From positions 1 to 61,854 of the forward strand of contig DAOUBA010000147.1 in assembly GCA_034432855.1 (NCBI GenBank): a stretch of DNA of 61,854 nucleotides. The letters run 5' to 3'. Origin of the DNA: Anaerolineae bacterium. GTDB lineage: Bacteria > Chloroflexota > Anaerolineae > B4-G1. This document shows positions 8,678 through 18,590 of the stretch, one piece after another. A program made the position numbers and the translations under genes. The notes under the pieces were generated by a model. That model ran no database searches, was not told the origin of the DNA, and was given only the letters and a program-made list of their open reading frames with translations. The stretch's first letter is position 1. Every line of letters begins with the position of its first letter.

Positions 8678-10456
8678 CATATCGGCCAATCCCAACTCGG
8701 CCAACTTTTCCGGCGTCGGGACGCCATCCTCGTCCCAGCCGCGCAGCCGGTAGTATTCGCTCAGCACGGCATCGTATTCCTCGCGTGTGAAATTCTTACC
8801 CGCAGTAGCGCCTTCGGGCAACGGGCGGTCGAAGATGGCCGGCGGTGGGATGTCGTCCTTGCGATGAAAGCCCTCGCGCACATTGAAGATGCGGCCCAGG
8901 TTCCAGATACGCTCGCCGATCTTGTAGATATCGGCCTCGGTATAGGGCTGGCCGGTGCCGGCGGCAAGCAGTCGCGTGAGCGTAACTCCGTCTATGGCCC
9001 AAAAGTCGCAAAAGATACCGGTCCACTTGACGGAATTAAAGTTTTGCAGCGCCATGGTCATCTCGGCCCTGCCCTCCAGCGTGAAGGGGTCTGCGCCGGC
9101 GAAGGCATCGTTCGCCACAGTCCAGGCGCGCATGTGGCAGCCGCCCCGGTCGGAGGTACAGTAGGCCAGCGCCATGCCGTAGGAGCCGCGCGGATCGTAG
9201 GCCGGGAACTCCAGCCCTTTGTTTTCCATCACCAGATGGCCTGCGCCATACTTCTGAGCGATGTAGCGTGCTCCTCTGGAGAGTTCCTCCCCTACCCCAC
9301 GCCGGTAAGCGATGCTCTCGGTCGCTTCCAGGAATTCTTCCGCATCACCAAAGTGGACGCCGAAATCATGGATGCCCTCCTGCGCCATCAACATTGCCAG
9401 GCCCAGCACATTGCCGGTGGAGATGGTATCCAGGCCCAGGTTGTCGCAGAGCCGGTTGAAGGCCGTGACGGTGTCCAGGTCATCCATCGCGCAGTTCGAG
9501 CCACCCATGCCCAGCGTCTCGTACTCCGGCCCCTCCATGGGACCGGCGGCGCTATGGGTAAACTGGCCACAGGCCAGTGGGCAGGTCGCGCAGGCGCGGC
9601 TGGCGCGTTTGCGCTCCTGAAGCGCGTCTGAGTTGATCATCCCGGCCCTCTCGAAGACGCCCTGGCTAAAGCCGCGCGTGGGCAGCAGCCCCGCGCCCTG
9701 CGAGAGGCCGACGATCATTGGAGTGCCTGTGGCGTTGGCCCAAAGGTTGGCCTCGGTCAGCAGATTGGTGCGAAGTATTTCCTCATACAATGCCAGAAAC
9801 GCGCGCATATCCGGCACATGCACCGCTCCTGTGCCATGCACCCCGACGGCCTTGAGGTTCTTGCTGCCAAAGACCGCCCCAACCCCGCCACGCCCGGCCT
9901 GGCGATACGCCTCCGAGGTCAGGCAGGCGAAGGGCACCAGGTTCTCCCCGGCCGGCCCGATCGCGAGCGTGATGAGGTCATTATCACCGGCCTGCGCTTT
10001 CATCCATGCATCCGTCTCCCAGATACCCCGGCCCCACATCGCTGTGGCATCGCGCAGTTCCACCCGCTCGTCCTGGATCAGCAGCGCCGTTGGCTGCGGC
10101 GCCTTTCCGGTGATGATGACGCCGTCATAGCCGGCCAGTTTGAGCTGCAGTGCAAACGCTCCACCGACATAGGAATCGAGGATTGTGCCGGTGGCAGGGG
10201 AGCGGGTGCAGACGACCGTGCGGGCGGTGGTGGCCACGCACGTGCCTGCCAGCGCCCCCGTGAAGATGACGATGGCGTTGGCGGGAGAGAGGGGATCGGT
10301 GTGAGGAGGAAGCAGATCAAAAAGGTAGCGGAAACCCAGTCCTTTGCCGCCGATCAAGTCCCGCGTCCAGGTTTCGTTGAGCGGCTCGGTGAGGATCGTA
10401 CCATTGGCAAGGTCAACACGCAAGACCTTGCCGGCGTAGCAGGTTGTTTGTGTCAT
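8663..10456 (-). CDS. aldehyde:ferredoxin oxidoreductase family, copy 2
   Basis: 597-aa ORF, paralogous to 1445-3253 (YAGKVLRVDLANGT, GRGGVGAVFGSKNLKAVGV, CATCPLACG). GGAGG RBS. Confidence 0.85.
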   Translation of the reverse strand: MTQTTCYAGKVLRVDLANGTILTEPLNETWTRDLIGGKGLGFRYLFDLLPPHTDPLSPANAIVIFTGALAGTCVATTARTVVCTRSPATGTILDSYVGGAFALQLKLAGYDGVIITGKAPQPTALLIQDERVELRDATAMWGRGIWETDAWMKAQAGDNDLITLAIGPAGENLVPFACLTSEAYRQAGRGGVGAVFGSKNLKAVGVHGTGAVHVPDMRAFLALYEEILRTNLLTEANLWANATGTPMIVGLSQGAGLLPTRGFSQGVFERAGMINSDALQERKRASRACATCPLACGQFTHSAAGPMEGPEYETLGMGGSNCAMDDLDTVTAFNRLCDNLGLDTISTGNVLGLAMLMAQEGIHDFGVHFGDAEEFLEATESIAYRRGVGEELSRGARYIAQKYGAGHLVMENKGLEFPAYDPRGSYGMALAYCTSDRGGCHMRAWTVANDAFAGADPFTLEGRAEMTMALQNFNSVKWTGIFCDFWAIDGVTLTRLLAAGTGQPYTEADIYKIGERIWNLGRIFNVREGFHRKDDIPPPAIFDRPLPEGATAGKNFTREEYDAVLSEYYRLRGWDEDGVPTPEKLAELGLADMMRET

Positions 10457-10503
10457 ACGCGACCTCCATCTTGATTAGTGAATAGGGAGCAGTTTTCTTG
10501 CTC

Positions 10504-11325
10504 TCATACCCAGTCCGATACTTCGTTGTACCATCGCTTTTTGGGGCCCACTTTGGCCCGGCGTCTCCATTTCCCGGATTTGGGAGCGGTCTCGATGGCC
10601 TGAAACAGATGGTCGGCCTGGGTTATGATCCGCGCCCGCTGCTCGTCGCTCAGCGCTGCCACGCCGGTCAGCGCCGCCTTGACCCGCTCCAGGTTGGTCG
10701 TCGCGGTGTAGTAGAAACCCCAATCATCGGCCAGCAGTCCGGCGACGTACCCGGCATTGATCCCTGCGTCATCACTCATACCGATCGGGGCGGCCAGCAA
10801 CAAGAGCATCGTGTCTTTGAGGTCCTTGTCGTTGATGTGGACGATCTGCAGTTTTTGCAGCAGCAGGTCAGTCAGCGAGACGCAATGTGGGTGCAGTTCC
10901 AACCGTCCTTTGTAACTGATGCGGTGATTCATGTCGAGCTGATCGTAGAATACGTCAATCATAGGGATACGGTCGCCAAAGTAGATGTGACGGGTCTGCC
11001 CGAAGAGCATCATCATGCGCGGATCATAACTGTAGCCCTGAGCCTCGAAGAAAGCGACCAGTCTTCCCCTGTGCTTGCCGTACGCGGCATAGTCAATGTC
11101 GGTGAAGACGCGCTCGCCCAGCCGCTCCATGCGCCGGTATAGCTCCACATAGTTGGGGAAGTAGAAGTGGAGCGCGATCGGCCCCATCATCCGCAAGATC
11201 AGGCCCTGCTTCCACGCCTCGTCAATCAACCGACGCGCCTCTTCCAGGTAGGTTTCCGGGCTGGGGTATTCCTCCAGGGGAATGTCTTTTGGTAAACGGA
11301 ATTTTCTCTCAGCGACCATTTTCAC
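10504..11325 (-). CDS. hypothetical protein, possibly nucleotidyltransferase-fold
   Basis: 273-aa ORF with natural composition and a GTGA overlap with the upstream gene. FTDIDYAAYG resembles an NTase acidic motif (weak). Confidence 0.55.
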   Translation of the reverse strand: MKMVAERKFRLPKDIPLEEYPSPETYLEEARRLIDEAWKQGLILRMMGPIALHFYFPNYVELYRRMERLGERVFTDIDYAAYGKHRGRLVAFFEAQGYSYDPRMMMLFGQTRHIYFGDRIPMIDVFYDQLDMNHRISYKGRLELHPHCVSLTDLLLQKLQIVHINDKDLKDTMLLLLAAPIGMSDDAGINAGYVAGLLADDWGFYYTATTNLERVKAALTGVAALSDEQRARIITQADHLFQAIETAPKSGKWRRRAKVGPKKRWYNEVSDWV

Positions 11326-12251
11326 CCCGACGTGAAGATATAGTCCTTGAGTTTCCCCTTCTGCAGGATCAGCACCACACCTTTCAGGATGCCTTCGGAA
11401 TACTCGCTGCCGGGGTTGATGATCGTCGTGCGCCTGATCTTCTGTACTCCGCGCGACTCGTGGATGTGGCCGTGCAGCCCCAGGAGCGGCTGGTACTTCT
11501 CGATCATCTTCGCCACCGCGCGGCTGCCCACGTGGACGCGGCGGTCGGCTGCCTGCACCAGGTCCTTCGTCAACTCAGGCGCCAGGTCAAGCGCGTAGCC
11601 GTAGGGCGGGGCGTGAAAGTTGAAAATAGAAGTGGACACATTCTGGATTCGACCGATCAGCGACTCCAGCATCGGCTCAAGTTCCTCGTCCGGCTTCTCG
11701 CGCGGCGTCTCCCATGGCGTCGGGTTCGTCCAGGCGAACGTCGCCATCTCATGCTCACCGACCATCACCACCCGGTCATTGCAGTTGACGATCACATCTG
11801 AGCCTTCGATCACTTCGTCTACTTCGAGATGATCGTCGTTGCCAGGCGACATGTAGACCTTGTACGGGGTGCCGGCCAACCGTTCGTCGGCCAGGGCGAT
11901 CCATTCCCTCAGCCGGTCGAGCATCAATCGCTTGAACAGGGCCTCCTGAGCCGCCCGATCGGCCTTCAGTTCGGCGAACTGCTCAGGAGTCAGATGGGTC
12001 CAGTAGTACCCGATGTTCTCGATGGTTTTCTTGAGTCTTTCCAACTCCTCCGGGATGTCCACTATGACATGGCGCCCCATGAACGTGGTTTCCCATCCCT
12101 CACCCACCCGCTCCACCAGCGGGATCAGCATCTTGCCGGTCAAGTCGCCCAGCAGAATGCCGACGTCTACATTGTAGACTTTCAAGGCATTCAGGAATTT
12201 GCGGTAGCAGATGTTGGAGCCGTGGATATCGGTGACGAAAAAAATTCTCAT
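11322..12251 (-). CDS. metallophosphoesterase (calcineurin-like)
   Basis: MRIFFVTDIHGS, LLGDLTGK, SPGNDD, GLHGHIHES motifs. Confidence 0.75.
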   Translation of the reverse strand: MRIFFVTDIHGSNICYRKFLNALKVYNVDVGILLGDLTGKMLIPLVERVGEGWETTFMGRHVIVDIPEELERLKKTIENIGYYWTHLTPEQFAELKADRAAQEALFKRLMLDRLREWIALADERLAGTPYKVYMSPGNDDHLEVDEVIEGSDVIVNCNDRVVMVGEHEMATFAWTNPTPWETPREKPDEELEPMLESLIGRIQNVSTSIFNFHAPPYGYALDLAPELTKDLVQAADRRVHVGSRAVAKMIEKYQPLLGLHGHIHESRGVQKIRRTTIINPGSEYSEGILKGVVLILQKGKLKDYIFTSG

Positions 12252-12286
12252 CGCGACTCCCCCCTACTCTCCGCTCCCTGCTCCTC

Positions 12287-13900
12287 TTACTCAGGCGGCA
12301 ACTCACCGTAGGCCATGCTGACGTCAATACCGACCCGTTTATTCCGCGCGACCCAGAAGTAGTACCAGGCGATGCCCAGTCCCCAGATGATGACGTAAAA
12401 GATCAGGGAGGCAATGGTCAACTCCTCCAGGCCGGGCATGACGATGAAGAAATAGAACAGGATCGCCAGGTAGATCAGGTTGACAATCCCGCCGATGGTG
12501 ACAACCGGGATGTTCGCGATCTTCCAGTGGCTGTACGGCGAGGCCTCCCAGATATGGCGCGCTTTCTTCACGAATGGGAAGATGGTCGCGGCCAACGCGG
12601 TCACGCCGAACACAGAGACAATCTCCAGGCCGGTCACGGAGAGGCCGCTCATCTGCTCCTGCCACACCGCGTAGAGCGCGATACCGATCTCACCCAGGAT
12701 GAAACAGAGGATGTGGTTCTTGACCGGCGTGGCCCAGCGCGGATTAATATCGGTGAACCACTTGGGCCCGATGCGATCCATGCCCCAGGCGAAGAGGATG
12801 CGCGGGAATGCCAGATAGGAGAGCGCTACCCACCAAAAGTTGAATAAGACGAACGAAAGGGCCATCAGGAACAAGAGTATGGGACTGCGGGTGACGACGG
12901 CGGCCAGCCCGACGAAATGCGGTGCCCATGGCATGGTATATCCGGCCAACTCGCCGCCCAGCGTTTCGTCCACGAAGGCCGCCGCGCTGAGGAACTGGAA
13001 GCCGACCGTGCGGTACAGGACAATGGACAGCCAGAGCATAAAGAAAGCCGGCACGAGGATGGCGAACAGGTTGCCCAGGATGATGGATTTGTCGGGTCGC
13101 TTGACTTCACCGGCGATGAAGGTGATGCAGTAGCTGTAGGCAAACAGCCACGAACCGGCCACCATCACGCCCAGCGTATCGAACCAGTTCCAGGTGACCG
13201 GCAGCGTCTTGCCGGCTGCCTCCATCTCGGCCTGCGCGGCAACCAGGAATTGGTCGTAACTTAACGACCCATATTCAGCCGCCAGGTCGTTCCACGCCCG
13301 GACGAACGCTTCGCGCGAGGTGAAGGTGAAGACCAGCAGGATGACGAGCGCGCCCAGGATACCCAATGCCATAACGACTTTCTGGGCTTGGGCGAAAACC
13401 TTGATCCCGAAGACAAGGAAGAAGAGCGCGATCAGGTTCACCAGGCTGGCGATCAGGAACAGAGCCAACGGTTGGGAGAGGAAATCGGCGACTTGCGGCA
13501 TGCCGAGGAACTGGAATAACATCACCAGGCCCGGATCCACCGTCCAGGGGGCCAGGACGTAGATCCACATAATCCAGACGAAAGCATTGCCGAAACTTTC
13601 CGCAATGCCGATCAGGGGACTGAGAATACGGGAGTTATAGATGTACTCACCGCCGCTGCGGGGCATACTGCCGCCCAAGATACCCCACACCAGCGAGAAG
13701 CCAATGCCACACATAACAGCAGACAGAATGGTGGCGATGATCAGATTGCCACCGGTGTAGACCGAAAGCCCCAGGCTGATCATCACCCACATACTGGGCG
13801 TCAGGCCCTGGTTCATGAACCCGACCCCAAACGCATCGAGCAGCGAAAGGCCGCGCACCAGCCCGCTGGCCTTCCTGGCAAACACTTTTTCTTCGGCCAT
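12287..13900 (-). CDS. APC-superfamily amino acid/amine permease
   Basis: 537-aa ORF that is hydrophobic throughout (about 12 or more TM segments), N-terminal FARKASGLVR motif, AGGAGGAGG RBS. Confidence 0.8.
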   Translation of the reverse strand: MAEEKVFARKASGLVRGLSLLDAFGVGFMNQGLTPSMWVMISLGLSVYTGGNLIIATILSAVMCGIGFSLVWGILGGSMPRSGGEYIYNSRILSPLIGIAESFGNAFVWIMWIYVLAPWTVDPGLVMLFQFLGMPQVADFLSQPLALFLIASLVNLIALFFLVFGIKVFAQAQKVVMALGILGALVILLVFTFTSREAFVRAWNDLAAEYGSLSYDQFLVAAQAEMEAAGKTLPVTWNWFDTLGVMVAGSWLFAYSYCITFIAGEVKRPDKSIILGNLFAILVPAFFMLWLSIVLYRTVGFQFLSAAAFVDETLGGELAGYTMPWAPHFVGLAAVVTRSPILLFLMALSFVLFNFWWVALSYLAFPRILFAWGMDRIGPKWFTDINPRWATPVKNHILCFILGEIGIALYAVWQEQMSGLSVTGLEIVSVFGVTALAATIFPFVKKARHIWEASPYSHWKIANIPVVTIGGIVNLIYLAILFYFFIVMPGLEELTIASLIFYVIIWGLGIAWYYFWVARNKRVGIDVSMAYGELPPE

Positions 13901-13973
13901 TTTCCTCCTCCTATTTAGCTATACTTGGGCCATTGAGGGCTCGTGTCACACTGGCGAGGTTTATCAATCCATC

Positions 13974-14465
13974 TCATTCCTCCTCACTCTCCACAGCACA
14001 TACGGAACTGGGAATATCCCAGTCGTAAACGTCCTTCAGGATCAGCGGCACCAGGATCGTGCTTGTCTTCCTGACTCCCGGCACATTGCCGACGACTTCG
14101 GTCACGAAGTGGTAGAGTTCCTCGTTATCGCGGGCACAGACCTGGATGCTCAGGTCCCGATCGCCTGTTGAGCAGGCAACATAACTCACCTGTTCAAACT
14201 CGGCCATCTTGTGGGCCACTTCGAGCACATGCCCGGGCTCGATTTCCAGCCAGACATCGGCCGTAACGGGGAAACCGATGGCTTTGGGGTTCACGATGGC
14301 GCTGACGCGGATGACGCCGGACTGGATCAACCGGTCAATGCGCCGGCTGACAGCCCGTTCGGAGACGTTGCCTATACGTCGCGCGATCTCGGCGCCGGAC
14401 ATGCGGCCATCCTCGATCAGGAGATGCACAATCGCGCGATCAAGCGGGTCAATTCTGCGGCTCAT
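13974..14465 (-). CDS. Lrp/AsnC-family transcriptional regulator
   Basis: 163 aa; HTH segment LDRAIVHLLIEDGRMSGAEIARRIGNVSERAVSRRIDRL followed by a RAM-like C-terminal domain. Confidence 0.85.
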   Translation of the reverse strand: MSRRIDPLDRAIVHLLIEDGRMSGAEIARRIGNVSERAVSRRIDRLIQSGVIRVSAIVNPKAIGFPVTADVWLEIEPGHVLEVAHKMAEFEQVSYVACSTGDRDLSIQVCARDNEELYHFVTEVVGNVPGVRKTSTILVPLILKDVYDWDIPSSVCAVESEEE

Positions 14466-14772
14466 TGTACGGGGAAAGAAAAGTGTTACCCTTTTGTACA
14501 GTCATTATACGCAATATGTCCGAAAAAGTCAAGTTTTGTCAGATTACTGTCTATTTTGGACATAAGCCGCTCCATCGTGCCGGCACCTGGCATGGCAGAA
14601 GCGGGCTGAACGTGCTCTGGCGGGTTGAGTGTTGGGCTATTTGGTGTTATCATTGGACCGGCAGTGCCGTTGCCGGTGGAGGAGCGAGAGACGGAGGTCG
14701 TCACCGTTCTGGCCGATTGGCAGAATGTGGAAAGCGCTGCCTACGGCACTGGCGCTGCCCGCGCAACCTGCG

Positions 14773-15303
14773 ATGCACAGGAGTTCCTACGTGGCGCACT
14801 CCGTTGACCTGAACTATTGCCCCGTCTGCGGCCACCCGCTCGAGGACCGTGAGGCCTTCGGGCGGATGCGGCGCGCCTGCCCGGCCTGCAATCGCATCAT
14901 CTTCCGCGATCTCAAGGTCGCCGCTGGGGTGCTGGTCGAGCACGAAGGTAAGGTGCTCCTGGTGCGCCGGAGTGGGGGCTTGCGCCAGGGGCTGTGGAGT
15001 TTCCCCGCCGGCTTTGTCGAGTGCGACGAACATCCCGCCGAGACTGCCGTGCGCGAGTGCCGCGAGGAAACCGGACTGGAAGTGGAACTCACCGGCATCC
15101 TCGACGTCATCGGGCCGGAGCCGGAAGGCGTGGCCAACATCGTCATCGTCTATCGGGCGCGCATCGTGGGCGGCGCACTGCGGGCCGGCGACGACGCCGA
15201 CCAGGTAGCCTTCTTCGCGCCCGGGGAACTACCTCCGCTGGCCTTTCGCGCCACCGAGACCGCTCTCGGCAAGTGGCACGATTCCCAACTGCGCTATCTC
15301 TAG
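14773..15303 (+). CDS. NUDIX hydrolase with N-terminal zinc ribbon (NudC-like)
   Basis: CPVCGHPL...CPACN ribbon plus Nudix box GFVECDEHPAETAVRECREETGLEV. The track ORF starts at GTG 14629; ATG 14773 is more plausible. Confidence 0.75.
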   Translation: MHRSSYVAHSVDLNYCPVCGHPLEDREAFGRMRRACPACNRIIFRDLKVAAGVLVEHEGKVLLVRRSGGLRQGLWSFPAGFVECDEHPAETAVRECREETGLEVELTGILDVIGPEPEGVANIVIVYRARIVGGALRAGDDADQVAFFAPGELPPLAFRATETALGKWHDSQLRYL

Positions 15304-15924
15304 GCCCGCCGGCACGTCGTGCGCGTGAAATCCACAACCGCTGAGCCTGATCTCGCGCCCCAATTGCTCCCGCGAGTTATTGAACAGGATATGCAACAGA
15401 TTGGTCCCACCGAGGAAGGAGACGCCTATCAAGTCGGCCCGACCGCGCAGGACGAGGCCTTCGAACTCGGCCCAGCCGACAAAGACGGTGTTATGGATCA
15501 CGACGCGCCCGTCGTTCTGAATGCCCCGCCCGTGAAAGTCACCTTCAAAGATGCAATCCTCGATCAACAAGGAGGAATAGAAATAGGCCTGCGCAAAGTG
15601 AGCGGCGGCGATGCGACAGCCGACCAGTTCTATCATCTCATAGAACGTGCGCGCCTCCAGGTCAATCTCATCCAGAAGGCAATTGTGCAAGATGATCGGC
15701 TGGTAGATGCCGCGCATATCCTCGCCGCAAAGCCAGCGACCCATAACCAACGGGTCGAGATCGAGTAAGCCCTCTACCCGCGCGTCTTGAATTGGCTCAC
15801 CGATGCTCAGGTGTTCGAGCACCTGGGTAGGTGACATCACCTCGTACTGGTCTGCCCTTTCCATCTCCGGTAGAAGTATACAACAAGATGTGATTTCCGC
15901 ACGCGCCGCCTCCACCGGGCTCAT
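15229..15924 (-). CDS. hypothetical repeat-containing (beta-helix-like) protein
   Basis: More protein-like than the opposing + ORF. Start is uncertain (15924, 15864 or 15837). Its 3' end overlaps the NUDIX 3' end by 75 nt. Confidence 0.45.
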   Translation of the reverse strand: MSPVEAARAEITSCCILLPEMERADQYEVMSPTQVLEHLSIGEPIQDARVEGLLDLDPLVMGRWLCGEDMRGIYQPIILHNCLLDEIDLEARTFYEMIELVGCRIAAAHFAQAYFYSSLLIEDCIFEGDFHGRGIQNDGRVVIHNTVFVGWAEFEGLVLRGRADLIGVSFLGGTNLLHILFNNSREQLGREIRLSGCGFHAHDVPAGLEIAQLGIVPLAESGLGGAKGQRR

Positions 15925-16027
15925 AGGCCTGGCTGCCCACTTGACAGATCGCTCCACCTGGGGTATCCTTTTGCCCGCTATGCCCGCACGACCTCGTCTC
16001 TCTCCCCGTTCCACATCCGGGCTCGGG

Positions 16028-16888
16028 ATGACGCGGCAGGCACTTTGTGCGCCGATGCTGGCCGTCATCCTGAGCCTGCTTTTCGTTCGGCCAGTGTGGA
16101 GCGGGTGGGAGGTCCCTCAGACGGTCGAGCCGACCCCCAACCTTCACTCGTCGTCCAGGCAGTCGGCCGCTGCGAGCCCCACTCCCACGCCGGCAGCCCT
16201 GGAGGAGCAGGTGCGAGTGCCCATTCTGATGTACCACTACGTCTCCGAACTCCCGCCTGACCCTGACCGCTACCGCCGTGACCTCACCGTCTTGCCGGAG
16301 AATTTTGCCGCCCAACTCCGTTATCTGGATGACGCCGGCTACCACACCATCACCCTGGCCGACCTGTACCTGTATTGGACGCAGGGCTATCCCTTGCCGG
16401 AGAAACCGATCGTCCTCACCTTCGACGATGGCTACCGCGACGCCTACGAGATCGTGTTTCCCATGTTGCTCGAATATGGCTTCACCGGCACCTTCTTTGT
16501 GCTCGCCACTCCCGCCCACTTTGAGCAGCCGGAGTACCTGACCTGGGCGCAGATGAAGGAGATGTCGGATGCGGGGATGGACATCCAGGCTCACGGACGG
16601 GATCACGTGGACTTGCGTGAGCAGTCCTACGATTACCTCGTCTACCAGATCGTGGGCATCCAGGAAGCAATCCAGTACCACACCGGTCGGCTGCCGCGTT
16701 TCTTCTGCTACCCCTCGGGCCGGTACGATGCCAGCGCGATCGCCGTCCTCGAGGCGGCCGGCTACTGGGGCGCGGTGACGACCCGGTGGGGAAACAGCGA
16801 GACCTTCGCCGAGCGCTACGAGATGCCGCGCATCCGCATCCGGGGCAGCGACACGCTGCAGAGTTTCATCGAGAAGTTGGAGGATTAG
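16028..16888 (+). CDS. polysaccharide deacetylase (NodB-type), secreted or membrane-anchored
   Basis: VLTFDDGYRD, HGRDHVDL, FCYPSGRYD motifs. ATG 16028 gives an N-terminal hydrophobic anchor (MTRQALCAPMLAVILSLLFV). Confidence 0.8.
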   Translation: MTRQALCAPMLAVILSLLFVRPVWSGWEVPQTVEPTPNLHSSSRQSAAASPTPTPAALEEQVRVPILMYHYVSELPPDPDRYRRDLTVLPENFAAQLRYLDDAGYHTITLADLYLYWTQGYPLPEKPIVLTFDDGYRDAYEIVFPMLLEYGFTGTFFVLATPAHFEQPEYLTWAQMKEMSDAGMDIQAHGRDHVDLREQSYDYLVYQIVGIQEAIQYHTGRLPRFFCYPSGRYDASAIAVLEAAGYWGAVTTRWGNSETFAERYEMPRIRIRGSDTLQSFIEKLED

Positions 16889-16893
16889 CCGAT

Positions 16894-16921
16894 TTGACAT
16901 TCCTCTACGACGTGATAGAAT
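16894..16921 (+). promoter_or_regulatory. sigma70-type promoter candidate upstream of rpsA
   Basis: TTGACA-16 nt-TAGAAT. Would give a 5' UTR of about 220 nt. Confidence 0.4.
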
Positions 16922-17148
16922 ACACGTGTACGTACATTTTGGAGACACCGCCCCTTTCACCGTGCGGGCTGCGAAGCCGAACCGCCTTTGACAGACTGGC
17001 CTTTGCATGAGGTAGGCAGGGTAGGACAAGACGATTCGCCAATCCGTCCGATGTCAATACAGGTTGTGGACCGGCATTGCCCGCACCAGTGCAGGTGATG
17101 CCGGTTTCCTTGCCGGAGGGCGGTGTCCGACGAGGAGCAGCCTGGTTT

Positions 17149-18546
17149 ATGGATATGAACACCCCAACCGACCCAAGCCCGATCGAACAGACGCCTGCCG
17201 AGCCGGATCTGGGCGAATACCTGACTCAGCAGTATGGCTATCAGGCGCCACGTTACGGGGACATCCGCACGGGCGTCGTGGTAGAGATCAACGACCAGGG
17301 CGTCGTCATGGACGTTGGCTTCAAGCGCGAGGGCTTTGTCCCTGCCGAAGACCTGACCCACCTCGATGCGGCGACCTGTGCGCAGGTTCAGGTGGGCGCC
17401 GCGATCCCGGTGTTCGTAGTGCGTGCAGAGGACAGAGAGGGTCGGCCTGTCCTCTCGATCTACCAGGCTCACCTGTACGAAGATTGGCTCAAGGCCGAGG
17501 AGATGATGGCCAGCGGCGCACTGTACGAAGGTGAGATTGCCGGCTATAACCGCGGCGGCCTCATCGTCAAGTTCGGCAAGATCCGCGGTTTCGTCCCCGC
17601 CTCGCAGATCGTGGGGCTGCCCAGACGGATGAAGGAAGAGCAGCGTCAGCAACGGCTGGCAGCCATGGTCGGGCAGAAAACGGGGTTCAAGGTCATCGAA
17701 GTGGATCGCCAGCGTCGCCGCCTGATCTTTTCCCAGCGGCGGGCGCAGCGCGCCTGGCAGGAACTGCAACGCGAGCGCGTGATCGCCGGGCTGAACGAAG
17801 GCGAGATACGGCATGGCAGGGTGAGCAGCATCACCGATTTCGGCGCATTCGTGGATCTGGGCGGGGCCGATGGCCTGATCCACGTCTCGGAACTCTCGTG
17901 GGGGCGTGTGGATAACCCCCGGCAAGTGCTCAAGGTTGGCGATGAGGTGGATGCCTACGTCCTCAGCGTGGACCGGGAGCACAAGCGCATCGCACTCAGT
18001 CTCAAGAAACTACAGCCCGATCCCTGGACGTTGGTAGATGAACACTATCACGAAAACCAGTTGGTTGAAGGCCGCGTCACGCGTGTGCTTGATTTCGGCG
18101 CGTTCGTCGAACTGGACCTGGGGGTCGAGGGGTTGTTGCACGCCCGGGAGATGCTCGGCACGCCGGAACTCAGGCCTGCCGAGATCGTGCATCCCGGCGA
18201 GACGTTGCTGGTGAAGGTCGTCCGCATAGATAGCAAGAGGAAGCGGCTCGACCTGAGCGCCCGCCAGGTAAAGCAGGCTGAATGGGAGCGTTGGATGGCG
18301 GAACGCCAGGGACTGGTGCCTGTCGAGGCAGCACAGGTTGCCACGCCTGAACCCAAAGGGCCGCCCGTTGAGACAGAGCCAGTCGCTACGCTTGAGCCCG
18401 AAGCGGCATCCATCGAGACAGGACAGGACGTTGCGCCTGAGCCCGAAGAGCCGTCGGCCGAGACCGACACGACGGAAGCGGAAACACTGCCGTCTGCTGA
18501 TCTGCCTGTTGCTGCAGCGGTCGTCAAGGTGGAGGGCGCTTCCTGA
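17149..18546 (+). CDS. rpsA: 30S ribosomal protein S1
   Basis: Four S1-domain repeats (G.V..I..FGAFVDLG-type motifs) and an acidic P/E-rich tail. ATG at 17149. Confidence 0.9.
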   Translation: MDMNTPTDPSPIEQTPAEPDLGEYLTQQYGYQAPRYGDIRTGVVVEINDQGVVMDVGFKREGFVPAEDLTHLDAATCAQVQVGAAIPVFVVRAEDREGRPVLSIYQAHLYEDWLKAEEMMASGALYEGEIAGYNRGGLIVKFGKIRGFVPASQIVGLPRRMKEEQRQQRLAAMVGQKTGFKVIEVDRQRRRLIFSQRRAQRAWQELQRERVIAGLNEGEIRHGRVSSITDFGAFVDLGGADGLIHVSELSWGRVDNPRQVLKVGDEVDAYVLSVDREHKRIALSLKKLQPDPWTLVDEHYHENQLVEGRVTRVLDFGAFVELDLGVEGLLHAREMLGTPELRPAEIVHPGETLLVKVVRIDSKRKRLDLSARQVKQAEWERWMAERQGLVPVEAAQVATPEPKGPPVETEPVATLEPEAASIETGQDVAPEPEEPSAETDTTEAETLPSADLPVAAAVVKVEGAS

Positions 18547-18590
18547 TGCCAGCAGGGGCGTTGTGGCCGGCCTGAAGGGGAAGAGCACAG

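Noticed and set aside
1445-10456. Possibility that one of the redox genes (AORs, ferredoxin) is a selenoprotein served by the nearby tRNA-Sec.
   Set aside because: All of them are uninterrupted ORFs with Cys at the cluster positions. No in-frame TGA with a downstream hairpin was seen.
15319-15768. 149-aa + strand ORF opposite the beta-helix-like ORF.
   Set aside because: Acidic and low-complexity with no RBS. The minus-strand frame looks more like a folded protein. Neither is strongly supported.
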